A stretch of DNA of 64,000 nucleotides from a bacterium (GTDB lineage: Bacteria; Patescibacteriota; Minisyncoccia; UBA6257; GWB1-50-10): NCBI GenBank assembly GCA_030647415.1, contig JAUSKB010000011.1:21858-85857 (forward strand), written 5' to 3'. The notes under the pieces were generated by a model. The model saw nothing but the letters and a program-made list of their open reading frames with translations, was not told the DNA's origin and ran no database searches. Every line of letters starts with the position of its first letter. Position 1 is the first letter of the stretch. Made by a program: the position numbers and the translations under genes. Below are positions 38,187 to 47,171 of the stretch, piece after piece.

Positions 38187-39391
38187 GACAACTTCCAAAA
38201 ATTCCAGACGTCGACGAACTTTTTGTTCGGATGTTTGCGCGGATCAATCTCCTGGTATTTCTTGTGTGGGGTTGCCAACACAATTATATCCGAGTCGCGA
38301 AGCGCCACATCGAGAGGAACGAACCGGGGGTCCTTAATGAACTCATCCGTGCAGAGAACCACATCACATTCCAAGAGCAGCATCTTCCGGAGCTTGTACG
38401 AGAGGGAGGAACGCGGATCGTCGAGCTCCGGCTTGAACGCCATCCCTAAAATAGCCACTGTCTTCTCCGAGAGCGAGTCCGAGAATTCGCGCTTGAGTTC
38501 GTGTACCACGTGGTTCACGAGGCCTTCATTCACGAGCATCGCGGCATTGCCGATCAAAAAATGGTTATGGGTGAACGCCGACAGCTGCATGGTGTCCTTA
38601 AAAAGACAGGGACCGGCCGCGAACCCAGCCGCCGGCAGATCGTGGTCCCGCGGGTAGTCCTTGCTCATCGCCTTCTGAATGATATGGAAATTGAGACCGT
38701 TATTTTGCGCGATCATGAAGAACTGGTTCGCAACGGCGAATTTGATGTACCGCCACGAATTGATGAAGAGCTTGGCGAGCTCCGCTTCGATCGGTTTCAT
38801 GGCGATCGGCTCCTTCGGGGAGATTTTCCTGAAGAGTTCCGTGACCTCCCGCAAGCCCTCATCGTCATATGCCGAAACAAGCTGAGGCAGGGCCCTCAAC
38901 TCTTCAACCGCGTAGCCCTCCGCGATGCGCTCCGGACAGAACGTGACCTTCGCCTGTATGTTCTTCTTCTTGAAATATTTCTGTATCTTTTCGGTGGTCC
39001 CCGGGAACACCGTGCTCCGGATAATGAGGACCTGCCCGTCCCTGAAATGCTTGATGCTCTCCTCGAAAAGCTTGGTAATGCCCCTGAAATCGGGGTTCAA
39101 GAATTCATCCACCGGGGTCCCGACGATTATGACCACGAACTTGGATTGGCTGATCACCTCCGAAGAATCGGAGGCAAACAGCATCTTCTTTGCTAGGGCG
39201 GATCGGAGCACCATGTTCCCGTTCTTTTCTATGAACGGGAACTCTCCGCCCATGATCTTCTTCAACGCCTCCTGGTTGATGTCCAGAAGAACCGTCTTCA
39301 CCCCGCTGTCGGCGAACACGACACCGAGCGGCAATCCGACGTGACCGGCTCCGCCAACGATGCAAAGGTCATATTGAAAGTTATGTTCCAT
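38183..39391 (-). CDS. Nucleotide-sugar dehydrogenase (WecC/UDP-Glc DH family)
   Basis: GGAGHVGLP, RSTVFPGTT, CPERI, EAELAKL, GPCLFKD, LGMAFK...DDPRSS. Confidence 0.92.
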   Translation of the reverse strand: MEHNFQYDLCIVGGAGHVGLPLGVVFADSGVKTVLLDINQEALKKIMGGEFPFIEKNGNMVLRSALAKKMLFASDSSEVISQSKFVVIIVGTPVDEFLNPDFRGITKLFEESIKHFRDGQVLIIRSTVFPGTTEKIQKYFKKKNIQAKVTFCPERIAEGYAVEELRALPQLVSAYDDEGLREVTELFRKISPKEPIAMKPIEAELAKLFINSWRYIKFAVANQFFMIAQNNGLNFHIIQKAMSKDYPRDHDLPAAGFAAGPCLFKDTMQLSAFTHNHFLIGNAAMLVNEGLVNHVVHELKREFSDSLSEKTVAILGMAFKPELDDPRSSLSYKLRKMLLLECDVVLCTDEFIKDPRFVPLDVALRDSDIIVLATPHKKYQEIDPRKHPNKKFVDVWNFWKLS

Positions 39392-39456
39392 GGTGAAGAT
39401 CGCAAAAATACCTCCGTTCGATTGTTTCCTGATTATCTCGCGTTGAAACTTCCCCG

Positions 39457-40416
39457 TCAAACACGCTTCATGTCTTCCTCGACCATCATGCGCACCAGAT
39501 CGGCAAAGCCGGCCTTCGGCCGCCACCCGAGGGCGGTTCGGATCTTTGTTGAGTCTGCGCGCCACTCGTGCGCTTCGATCGGGCGGAAGAACGACTGGTC
39601 TATCACCACGTATTTTTCCCAGTCGAGGCCCGCGAACGCGAACGCGGCTTCAACGAATTCGCGAATGGTGTGCGTTTCCCCCGTTCCGACCACATAGTCG
39701 TCCGCAACAGGGGCCTGAAGCATGAGCCACATCGCCTCAACATAGTCGCCGGCAAATCCCCAGTCTCGCCGCGAATCCAGATTTCCGAGACGGAGCTCTT
39801 TTTCTGTCCCTGCTTTTATCTTTGCAATCGTCGTCGTGATCTTTCGTGTCACAAAGTTAGCCCCTCTCCTCGGAGATTCGTGACTGAACATTATGCCCGA
39901 GCACGCAAAGAGGCCGTGCGCTTCGCGATAAAGCTTCGTCAGATAGAAACTCGCGATCTTCGAAACGCCGTAGGGCGACGTCGGGTTATAGGGTGTGTTC
40001 TCGTTCTGCGGAGACGACGTGATCTTTCCGAAACAATCCGCGCTGCTGGAAAAATAAAAATGCGCTTTCGGAGCAGATTCTTTGAGCGCGGCGAGAAAGT
40101 AGTGCGTGCTTGAGATATTTGTGGTGAATGTCCCAAATTCGTCCTGAAATGACTCGGGGATGCTTGAGACCGCCGCAAGGTGATAAACCTCGTCGGGCAT
40201 TATCTCTTCCACGAGGCGCCGCACGGTTGGATGGTCCGTGACGTCGCCTGTATGCAGAACGAGGCTCTTGTTCCCGAGAAGGTGCCGGATACGCCAAAGA
40301 TCTTTTTCGTCGGGGCTCTTCCTCTCCACGCCGTGTACCTCGTATCCTTTGGAAAGCAGAAGTTCGGTGAGGTAGGAGCCGTCCTGACCCGCAACACCCG
40401 TAATAAGTGCCCTCAT
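39457..40416 (-). CDS. gmd: GDP-mannose 4,6-dehydratase
   Basis: ITGVAGQDGSYL, SPYGVSK, HESPRRG.NFVTRKI, LGNLDSRRDWG. Confidence 0.95.
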   Translation of the reverse strand: MRALITGVAGQDGSYLTELLLSKGYEVHGVERKSPDEKDLWRIRHLLGNKSLVLHTGDVTDHPTVRRLVEEIMPDEVYHLAAVSSIPESFQDEFGTFTTNISSTHYFLAALKESAPKAHFYFSSSADCFGKITSSPQNENTPYNPTSPYGVSKIASFYLTKLYREAHGLFACSGIMFSHESPRRGANFVTRKITTTIAKIKAGTEKELRLGNLDSRRDWGFAGDYVEAMWLMLQAPVADDYVVGTGETHTIREFVEAAFAFAGLDWEKYVVIDQSFFRPIEAHEWRADSTKIRTALGWRPKAGFADLVRMMVEEDMKRV

Positions 40417-40463
40417 GTGTATATAATGGCTTTATTTATTGTTTTTTTCAATTATTCAAATAC

Positions 40464-40492
40464 TTGACTTTTTTATATTTATCTGCTATTTT
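40464..40492 (+). promoter_or_regulatory. Sigma70-type promoter of the HD gene
   Basis: TTGACT-17 bp-TATTTT with an extended TG, in an AT-rich divergent spacer. Confidence 0.5.
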
Positions 40493-40545
40493 ACAGACAG
40501 CATCTACGAATTGATAATTTTACACAAACAAATTAGGATACCTTC

Positions 40546-41265
40546 ATGGAGAAGGATGTTTTTTTGAAGCGTTTGGATGCGTTTCTTATCCCCCATTTCA
40601 CACCGCCGAACGTCGCGGGCGGACATGACTGGGCGCACGTATGCGATGTGGTAGCCCTAGGACCAAAAATCGCTGCGTACCTCACGTTCGATTTGGATGA
40701 ATTCGCAGTGTTGGCACGCCTCCATAATGTGGATAGGTCCCCAAGTCTTTTGGGGGGAACCAGCGAAGAAGAACGCATGAAACAACTTTTAGCAGACAGT
40801 CCCTTCGATAATGCTGCGCGGGCTCGCATCATCAATGCGGCACTGCGCCACAGCCAGAAGGACATCCAGCCGGACGACTCCAACCTTTTAATCGCCCTCA
40901 TGGACGCCGATAAGCTCGTACGTTTCCAGCCCTCCTGGCTTTTGGGAGTAGGAGCGTTCGGGTTCACGCTCCATCTTCCCCTGTTTCTGCCCACAAGACC
41001 TTTCGGGTTCATGTCCACAAAACCAAAGGATCGCTTTTCGATCTGGATAGAGTTCATGAGTGTGCTCGAGTGGGTGGGGATGCTCTCATGTGATGCGGCG
41101 CGCGCGATGATCGACAAACGGTACCTCCGGTTGCGCATAGAGTTCCTTCGGTTATGGGGGGAGGAGATAGCCGCACAGACCGGCGTAGAAAACACGTCAG
41201 AGGACGACATTAAGAAATCGCTCGGCCGTTACTACGGGTGGACACTGGAGCACGCCGGACTGTGA
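40546..41265 (+). CDS. HD-domain phosphohydrolase (HN variant)
   Basis: GHDWAH...V, A.LHN, H, LMDADKL. Confidence 0.75.
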   Translation: MEKDVFLKRLDAFLIPHFTPPNVAGGHDWAHVCDVVALGPKIAAYLTFDLDEFAVLARLHNVDRSPSLLGGTSEEERMKQLLADSPFDNAARARIINAALRHSQKDIQPDDSNLLIALMDADKLVRFQPSWLLGVGAFGFTLHLPLFLPTRPFGFMSTKPKDRFSIWIEFMSVLEWVGMLSCDAARAMIDKRYLRLRIEFLRLWGEEIAAQTGVENTSEDDIKKSLGRYYGWTLEHAGL

Positions 41266-41286
41266 GTAGTGCTGGAGATGTTCCGA

Positions 41287-41317
41287 AAAGGGTCGAGTAT
41301 ATCTCAACCCTTTTTTA
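41287..41317 (+). terminator. Intrinsic terminator
   Basis: aaaagggtcgag-tatat-ctcaaccctttttt. Confidence 0.6.
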
Positions 41318-41364
41318 TTTTTAAAAAACCCGACATTGTGGCGGGAACATAGAAAACTCCCATT

Positions 41365-41418
41365 TCTAGCGAGGCACGAACCATCAGGGCTGGGACTACC
41401 CGCGACAAGCGCGCTTTC
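41365..41418 (-). pseudogene. Degraded orphan 5' fragment of gmd
   Basis: Translates ALVAGSPSPDGSCLA versus gmd ALITGVAGQDGSYLT, ungapped, starting 8 bp after the upstream stop. Confidence 0.55.
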
Positions 41419-41426
41419 GTACTGTT

Positions 41427-42725
41427 TTATTGGAGATCTTCTCCACCAATAATCTTAAATTCCGGCATCGGCACGATGAATTTGCCACCCGCTTTTAGGT
41501 AGTCAGCCTCCCGCTTTAAAAATTCAGGCAAGAAGTGCCACGCGAGGATGAGAACGTAATCGGGTTTTTTATTTCGAAACTCCTCCTCGGAAATAATTGG
41601 TATCATCGTCCCGACGGTCTTTGTGCCCCACTTGTCCGGATTCCTATCAGCAATAGCCGTGACAAGATCCGGTGTAAGTCCGAAGAACTGCAGTGTGGTA
41701 TTGCCTTTGGTAGAGGCGGCATAGGCAAATACCGTTTTGCCGGCAGCAACCTCCTTTTTAATCGAGGTGATGGTCATCTCTTTAAGCTCCAAAACCCGGC
41801 GGACAAACTCCTCGTATATCCTCTTATCATCGAGCCCGAGCGCTTTCTCCTCTCTACGGAACGCTTGTACCCGCTCTGATGCCCCCGGCTGTAGTCGTAG
41901 CGACTTCCCCATCCCCACCTTGCGGACGTAGACTCGAATACTTCCCTCATTTACATGCTCCCGCATTTCGGCATCAATTACCTCCAAGCCGTGCCGCTTC
42001 AGTAGGTTCTCGAGCGAGAGCAGGGAATAATACTCGAGGTGCTCGTGGCAAATGCCGTCGAACGCGTTCCGCTTCAGGAAGGAGGGTAGGTACATCATCT
42101 GCACGACAAGCAGGCCGTCGTCATCCATGCACTTCACGATGTCGCCAACGAACATGTTTGGGTCGTCCAGGTCATAAAACATTGCGATTGCGGTAACGAT
42201 TTTCGCTTTCGCGTTCCCGAACTTCGCATGTAATGCGGAGAAACTGAAAAAATCAGTAAATACGTGCGTGATACCCTCGAGTCCATATTTTTCCGCAAGA
42301 GCTCGCGCTGGCTCAAATCCTATTCGATTCAAACCTTTTCCCCCATAAGCCCGGAGCAGTGTGCCGTCATTCGAACCAATATCGATAATGAAATCGCCGG
42401 AGGAGAGCGGCACGATGGCCTCCACCTTCTTCACAATCCCGACGAGCTCGTCGGTCATGCTCTTGTTGATGCCCGAACGGTACCAGTAGTTCCGATACAT
42501 CTCTTCGGGGTCAACGGAGTGTTTGAGCTGGAGCAACCCACACCCACCGTCCTTCTCATTGCACAACACGAGCTCCAGGGGAGCTTTTACCGCATTTTTC
42601 TCCTGTGCTTTCGCGTCGGCAAAGAAGTTTGAAACGTAGAGATCTCCCAGCGAGAGGATCGGGGTCAGATTGGCGGACCTGCACACACGACATTTTGTGA
42701 TCTCCTTGTAAAGTGGATTCGACAT
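41427..42725 (-). CDS. NDP-sugar C-methyltransferase (zinc-binding N-terminus + class I MTase + C-terminal domain)
   Basis: CRVC...C....C.LLQL, DIGSNDGTLL, HEHLEYYS, ASTKGNT, LILAWHF, FIVPMP. Confidence 0.92.
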   Translation of the reverse strand: MSNPLYKEITKCRVCRSANLTPILSLGDLYVSNFFADAKAQEKNAVKAPLELVLCNEKDGGCGLLQLKHSVDPEEMYRNYWYRSGINKSMTDELVGIVKKVEAIVPLSSGDFIIDIGSNDGTLLRAYGGKGLNRIGFEPARALAEKYGLEGITHVFTDFFSFSALHAKFGNAKAKIVTAIAMFYDLDDPNMFVGDIVKCMDDDGLLVVQMMYLPSFLKRNAFDGICHEHLEYYSLLSLENLLKRHGLEVIDAEMREHVNEGSIRVYVRKVGMGKSLRLQPGASERVQAFRREEKALGLDDKRIYEEFVRRVLELKEMTITSIKKEVAAGKTVFAYAASTKGNTTLQFFGLTPDLVTAIADRNPDKWGTKTVGTMIPIISEEEFRNKKPDYVLILAWHFLPEFLKREADYLKAGGKFIVPMPEFKIIGGEDLQ

Positions 42726-42744
42726 ATAGCTAGGGTATGCTATC

Positions 42745-43677
42745 TTATCCCGAAAAATTTGAGTACGGGTTCGGAATGGTGACCGATGGGAGCGCCCGGA
42801 GTAGCTCATCGACGCCCTGGCTCAGGGCGTATTCGGTTTCGAACCCGCGGGCCCGTATTTTCGCATACGAGACCGCATAGTCGCGCTTGTCCGGGTCCTC
42901 GCCTACGTCGGCGAAGTGAACATAGAAGCGTGGATACTGGCGCTGAATTTCCTTCACCATTTCCTCCTTTGTGTGATTCAACGATTCATGCCCAACGTTG
43001 AAGATGTTGTTCTTCAATGTGCTGAAATTCTCGACGGCGAACAAAAGCGCCCGGGCCATATCGCGCACGTGGATGAAGGTCCTCCGCACGTCTTTTTGGT
43101 ACACAATGAGGCTCCCGCTTGTCACCGCCTTGTGGCAGAAGTCATTCACGAGGAGATCAAGGCGCATACGCGGTGAAACGCCGAACCCGGTCGCGAACCG
43201 ATACACCACCACATCGCCCTTATCCAAGAAATCTTTTTCCGCATCGAGTTTCGTCTTTGCATAGAGCGAGAGGGGGTTGGTCACGGTCTCCTCGGTGCAG
43301 ACCCCATTCACCTTTCCGTAATTGCTTCCCGTCGAGGAGAATATCAGGGGCTTTTTACCGCGAAGGCGGTTCAGAAGCTTGCTCGCGTCAGAGTTTACGG
43401 TCGTCGCGAGCTGGGGATTCACGCGGCATGCCGGCTCCCCCACGATACCCGCGAGGTGCACGATGCAGTCCGCCTCATCCACGAGCGGCTTCAATACTTT
43501 TTCGTCCCGTATATCGCCGTAGGTGAATGAAAAAATCTTATTCGAAAAATACAGGAGGAGTGTCGTCTGATTGAAAAGCAGATTGTCGACGACGCGAACC
43601 GAGTGCCCCTTCTCTAAGAGCAGTGGGACCAAGAGCGACCCAATGTACCCTGCGCCACCAGTGATGAGAACTTTCAT
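42745..43677 (-). CDS. NAD-dependent epimerase/dehydratase
   Basis: ITGGAGYIGS, IVGEPAC, YAKTK, SPRMRLDLLVN. Confidence 0.92.
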   Translation of the reverse strand: MKVLITGGAGYIGSLLVPLLLEKGHSVRVVDNLLFNQTTLLLYFSNKIFSFTYGDIRDEKVLKPLVDEADCIVHLAGIVGEPACRVNPQLATTVNSDASKLLNRLRGKKPLIFSSTGSNYGKVNGVCTEETVTNPLSLYAKTKLDAEKDFLDKGDVVVYRFATGFGVSPRMRLDLLVNDFCHKAVTSGSLIVYQKDVRRTFIHVRDMARALLFAVENFSTLKNNIFNVGHESLNHTKEEMVKEIQRQYPRFYVHFADVGEDPDKRDYAVSYAKIRARGFETEYALSQGVDELLRALPSVTIPNPYSNFSG

Positions 43678-43709
43678 AAGTAGATAAACAAGCCTATACT
43701 TAACTCAAC

Positions 43710-44297
43710 GTGAAAAAAGTTTACCATACAAGAAAGACGCGTGTAAAGAGGTATGGCACAGAACTACCCACGCGCTACTACGAGAACAAGCGCCACCGCA
43801 TAAAACCGCTCTTCCTTTCCCCTGGGGAGTATGCCCGTGCGATCCGATCGTTCGTGGTCGTCTGTGTTGATGCGCTCATCGTGAACCGCTCAAAAAGGAC
43901 GGTGTTCCTTGCGAAACGGCAGGCAAAACCGGCGCAAGGAATATGGTGGTACATTGGGGGGCGCGTGCTTGCGGGGGAAACATTCGAACGATCAATCGTC
44001 CGGTGCTTCGAACGAGAGACCTCTCTCTCTGTCCCGATGATCAGGTTCGAACCCGCGAACGCACAGGATTTTTTTTGGGGCATGCGGCAACAGCGCCCAC
44101 AGAACGCCGGCCTGCACAGTCTCGGTTTTGTATTCTCACTCGAACTGACCGAACCGGAACGGCGGGCGGTTGCGCGTTCTCTTGACCCGCATGAATACCA
44201 TGTGAAATCCGGCCTGCGAGAATTTTCCCGCCGCGAGCTCGTGCGGGAGAATGTCCATCCCGCGGTCATCGAGACATACGATCGCATCTTTAGCTAG
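43710..44297 (+). CDS. NUDIX hydrolase, GDP-mannose mannosyl hydrolase-like
   Basis: VCVDALI, KR...PAQG.WW.IGGRV..GE.......R...RET. Start uncertain (GTG). Confidence 0.72.
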   Translation: MKKVYHTRKTRVKRYGTELPTRYYENKRHRIKPLFLSPGEYARAIRSFVVVCVDALIVNRSKRTVFLAKRQAKPAQGIWWYIGGRVLAGETFERSIVRCFERETSLSVPMIRFEPANAQDFFWGMRQQRPQNAGLHSLGFVFSLELTEPERRAVARSLDPHEYHVKSGLREFSRRELVRENVHPAVIETYDRIFS

Positions 44298-44421
44298 TAG
44301 ACCAGAGATTGGCTGCTACGGCCTTGATGCCGTTTTTTGATACTTGACAAAATATTTTATTTGGGCAATCATTAAAATAGAACAAAAACAAAACAGAATT
44401 TGCCAACAATAGGAGGCGTTA

Positions 44422-44976
44422 ATGAAACTGGTCATGATTTATGGACCACCGGCAGTCGGTAAGCTCACTGTCGCAAAAGCGCTACAGGAAGCAACTGGAT
44501 TCAGGCTTCTGCACAATCATTTGTTTACGGATATCTGTGATGCTGTTTTCGAAAAATTCGGCACGCAGGCACGTACGGAACTCAATCTTCAGCTCCGGAC
44601 CGATGTTATTAGAGCGACCGCAAAAGACGGGGCTCTCGGGATGATCTTCACGTTCTCCTACTACGCCGGCCCATTACGCGAAGCAGCAGATCACGCGGTG
44701 CGAACCTATATCCGCGTGATAAAAGAGCTGCAGGGCGAGATTTATTTCGTTAAGCTCTCGTGCGATATGCCTGAACTCGAAAAACGCGTCAAGAATTCTT
44801 CGCGTGCCGGGACGCGGAAGATCACGGACATAGAGAAACTGCGACGAGTGCTCCAGGAAGAGCGCCCCGCCGAAATACCCTTGCAGATCGCGGAAAGCTA
44901 CACGATCGACAATACCCACCTCAGTCCGAAGGTAGTTGCGACCATGATCAAAGACTATACCATTCGCCCCCAGTAA
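44422..44976 (+). CDS. P-loop kinase (nucleotide/shikimate kinase-like)
   Basis: GPPAVGKLT Walker A, LLHNH, L..RV....R; AGGAGG upstream. Confidence 0.85.
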   Translation: MKLVMIYGPPAVGKLTVAKALQEATGFRLLHNHLFTDICDAVFEKFGTQARTELNLQLRTDVIRATAKDGALGMIFTFSYYAGPLREAADHAVRTYIRVIKELQGEIYFVKLSCDMPELEKRVKNSSRAGTRKITDIEKLRRVLQEERPAEIPLQIAESYTIDNTHLSPKVVATMIKDYTIRPQ

Positions 44977-45036
44977 GTGGGGGCATTTTTATTCCGAGAA
45001 AAAAGCAATACAATTAAATACAAGAGAATCGAGGAT

Positions 45037-45588
45037 ATGAAAAAAATAGTTTTGGTTGATATGGACGGACCTCTCGTCGACTTTGAAAGCGGTTTTTTGG
45101 CATCATGGCGGAAAACATTCCCGAGCGAATTCTTTCTACCGGTGGAACAAAGAACGACGCGATACGTGAATCAGGAATACCCGGCCCGCCTTAACGAGAA
45201 GATCGAGTCGGTCAAGAGCGCTGAGGGGTTTTTCGTGGGTCTTCCTCCCCTCGAAGCCGGTATCAATGCTGTACGAGAGATGGGCGCGCTCGGGTTCCGA
45301 GTATTCGTCTGCACAACGGCTATATACAACAGCAAGACGTGTTTAGTTGAAAAGAAATATTGGCTTGAAAAATACCTCGGACCCGACTTTGCAAAAAACG
45401 CGATCTTCACAAAAGATAAAACGGTGATAAAAGGACAGTACCTTATTGACGACGCACTTGAAATAACCGGCGAAGTGACCCCGGAATGGGAACATGTCCT
45501 TTATGATCAGCCCTTCAACAGGACTATAACTGATCGCCCGCGGTTAAAAATCGACTGGTCGAATTGGAAGGAGGTGATCACTTCCTAG
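45037..45588 (+). CDS. 5'(3')-deoxyribonucleotidase (NT5C family)
   Basis: LVDMDGPLVDF, EK..WL..YLG, KDKT...G.YLIDD, QPFN. Confidence 0.92.
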   Translation: MKKIVLVDMDGPLVDFESGFLASWRKTFPSEFFLPVEQRTTRYVNQEYPARLNEKIESVKSAEGFFVGLPPLEAGINAVREMGALGFRVFVCTTAIYNSKTCLVEKKYWLEKYLGPDFAKNAIFTKDKTVIKGQYLIDDALEITGEVTPEWEHVLYDQPFNRTITDRPRLKIDWSNWKEVITS

Positions 45589-46304
45589 CGATCCTCCTTG
45601 GCATTGATACGCTTCTCGAGTTCCGTTCTTATAAACTCAACAATAGTCCCCGGCGACAATTCAATCTTATGTTCAAATTCTTCTTCCTCGGATTCGGCGA
45701 GTTCTTTTTGAAACTCCTTCAAATTTTTTCCTCCATAGATACCCCGATATGATTCGGAATACGCTTTGAAAAAAGGTTCTTTCTCAAGTTCACGCCAGCG
45801 ATCCTTCACTTCGACATACTCGGAACCGAGTGTGATATGGTCCATAAAGTGCACAATTTTTTCATTCCGAGAACGCCCTGCGATGTATTCAGGATCGGCG
45901 CTCACGGGCATGTTAGCATGCGCGACCCGGATGAATTCTTCCGAAAAACCATACTCGCGCAATAGACGGTCATCCTCCTGTACGGTTTTGGTAACACCTT
46001 TTTCTCCGCCGTGCTCCCGGATCGCCTCGACCTCACGCCGCTTATACCAATCATGCAGAAATGTCGCGAGGACGACCGTATCACGATCTGCGTTCAGGTG
46101 CTCCGCCAAAATATCCGCGCCAACTGCGGCAACGAGACAATGTTCTGCTACGTTCCGCCACTCTTTATTATCCTCTCCCAACACGCCGCCTTTTTCCAAG
46201 ATTCTCATCGCACTCAAATGTTTCAGCGCAAATTGGGAAAAATATTCAGTCTTTTTCTTTTCCTTGTCGATTTTTTCTGCGATTAGTTTTTCCATATCGT
46301 TCAC
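45585..46304 (-). CDS. HD-domain protein
   Basis: NVAEHC, FLHDW.KR, EKIVHFMD. Confidence 0.78.
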   Translation of the reverse strand: MNDMEKLIAEKIDKEKKKTEYFSQFALKHLSAMRILEKGGVLGEDNKEWRNVAEHCLVAAVGADILAEHLNADRDTVVLATFLHDWYKRREVEAIREHGGEKGVTKTVQEDDRLLREYGFSEEFIRVAHANMPVSADPEYIAGRSRNEKIVHFMDHITLGSEYVEVKDRWRELEKEPFFKAYSESYRGIYGGKNLKEFQKELAESEEEEFEHKIELSPGTIVEFIRTELEKRINAKEDR

Positions 46305-46309
46305 AAATA

Positions 46310-47170
46310 TTATATGCTGTCGCGAATATGTCGAATAAAATCGCGCGCTAATGCTTCGGTTGAAGCGATTATAATGGGTAGTTCCTCATGTTGACCGAAT
46401 TCAAAATATTTTTTATCTTGTAAACTCTCTCCATTAAGGTCCACCATAACTCCGCCCGCTTCGGCAACAAAGCCATAGCCTATCGCGGGTTCCAGATTAT
46501 TCTTTGCCGTGCACGTCAAAATCAAATCAACCTTGCCGGAAGCTAAATCGGAAAAATAAGTTGCGTAAGCACGCGGATCCGTTATTTTGAATTGCCGGAG
46601 TTTTTCTGAAAAAACCCGGTGGCACACATCAAAATGTCCGTTCATATATATTCGCGTTCTTTCGCTTAAAATATTTTGCTCGGAAGCGTGAAGAGGAATT
46701 CTGCCTCCTTGCGCATCCAAAAGAAAACTGCCAACGCCTTTTTCGGTGACAAAAAGTTTTCCGGTTGAATGTTCCATAATACCGCTTGTCACGTAATCGC
46801 CATATACGGGGTCGATATTGGAAAATATACCAAGCATCGTTCCGTAACGTTCCTTTCCTCTTCCTGCCTGGTAACGATTGGAACCGTCAAGGCCATCGAG
46901 TATGCCGAGATAGACGGGACTCGGAACGATTTCCACTTTTCCATGTTCCTCCGAAATAACTCTTATTGGGATCCCGCTTTCTTTCAGAAAATCGAGTACT
47001 GCCTCTTCGGCCTCAATATCGATACGCAAGGCTGTTTCTCCAAATTGGTTTTTCTGCACCAACTCTTCACCCCTCGAACCGAGAGCTTCGTGTATTGTAT
47101 ATGCCCGATGTAATGCGGATTGTAAAATCCGCTCAAAATCGTGAACCGTTTCAAATTGTTTTTCTTTCAT
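46310..47170 (-). CDS. Inositol monophosphatase/FBPase-family protein
   Basis: D..AE, ISEEHG, LDGLDGS, EAGG. Confidence 0.82.
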   Translation of the reverse strand: MKEKQFETVHDFERILQSALHRAYTIHEALGSRGEELVQKNQFGETALRIDIEAEEAVLDFLKESGIPIRVISEEHGKVEIVPSPVYLGILDGLDGSNRYQAGRGKERYGTMLGIFSNIDPVYGDYVTSGIMEHSTGKLFVTEKGVGSFLLDAQGGRIPLHASEQNILSERTRIYMNGHFDVCHRVFSEKLRQFKITDPRAYATYFSDLASGKVDLILTCTAKNNLEPAIGYGFVAEAGGVMVDLNGESLQDKKYFEFGQHEELPIIIASTEALARDFIRHIRDSI

Positions 47171-47171
47171 C

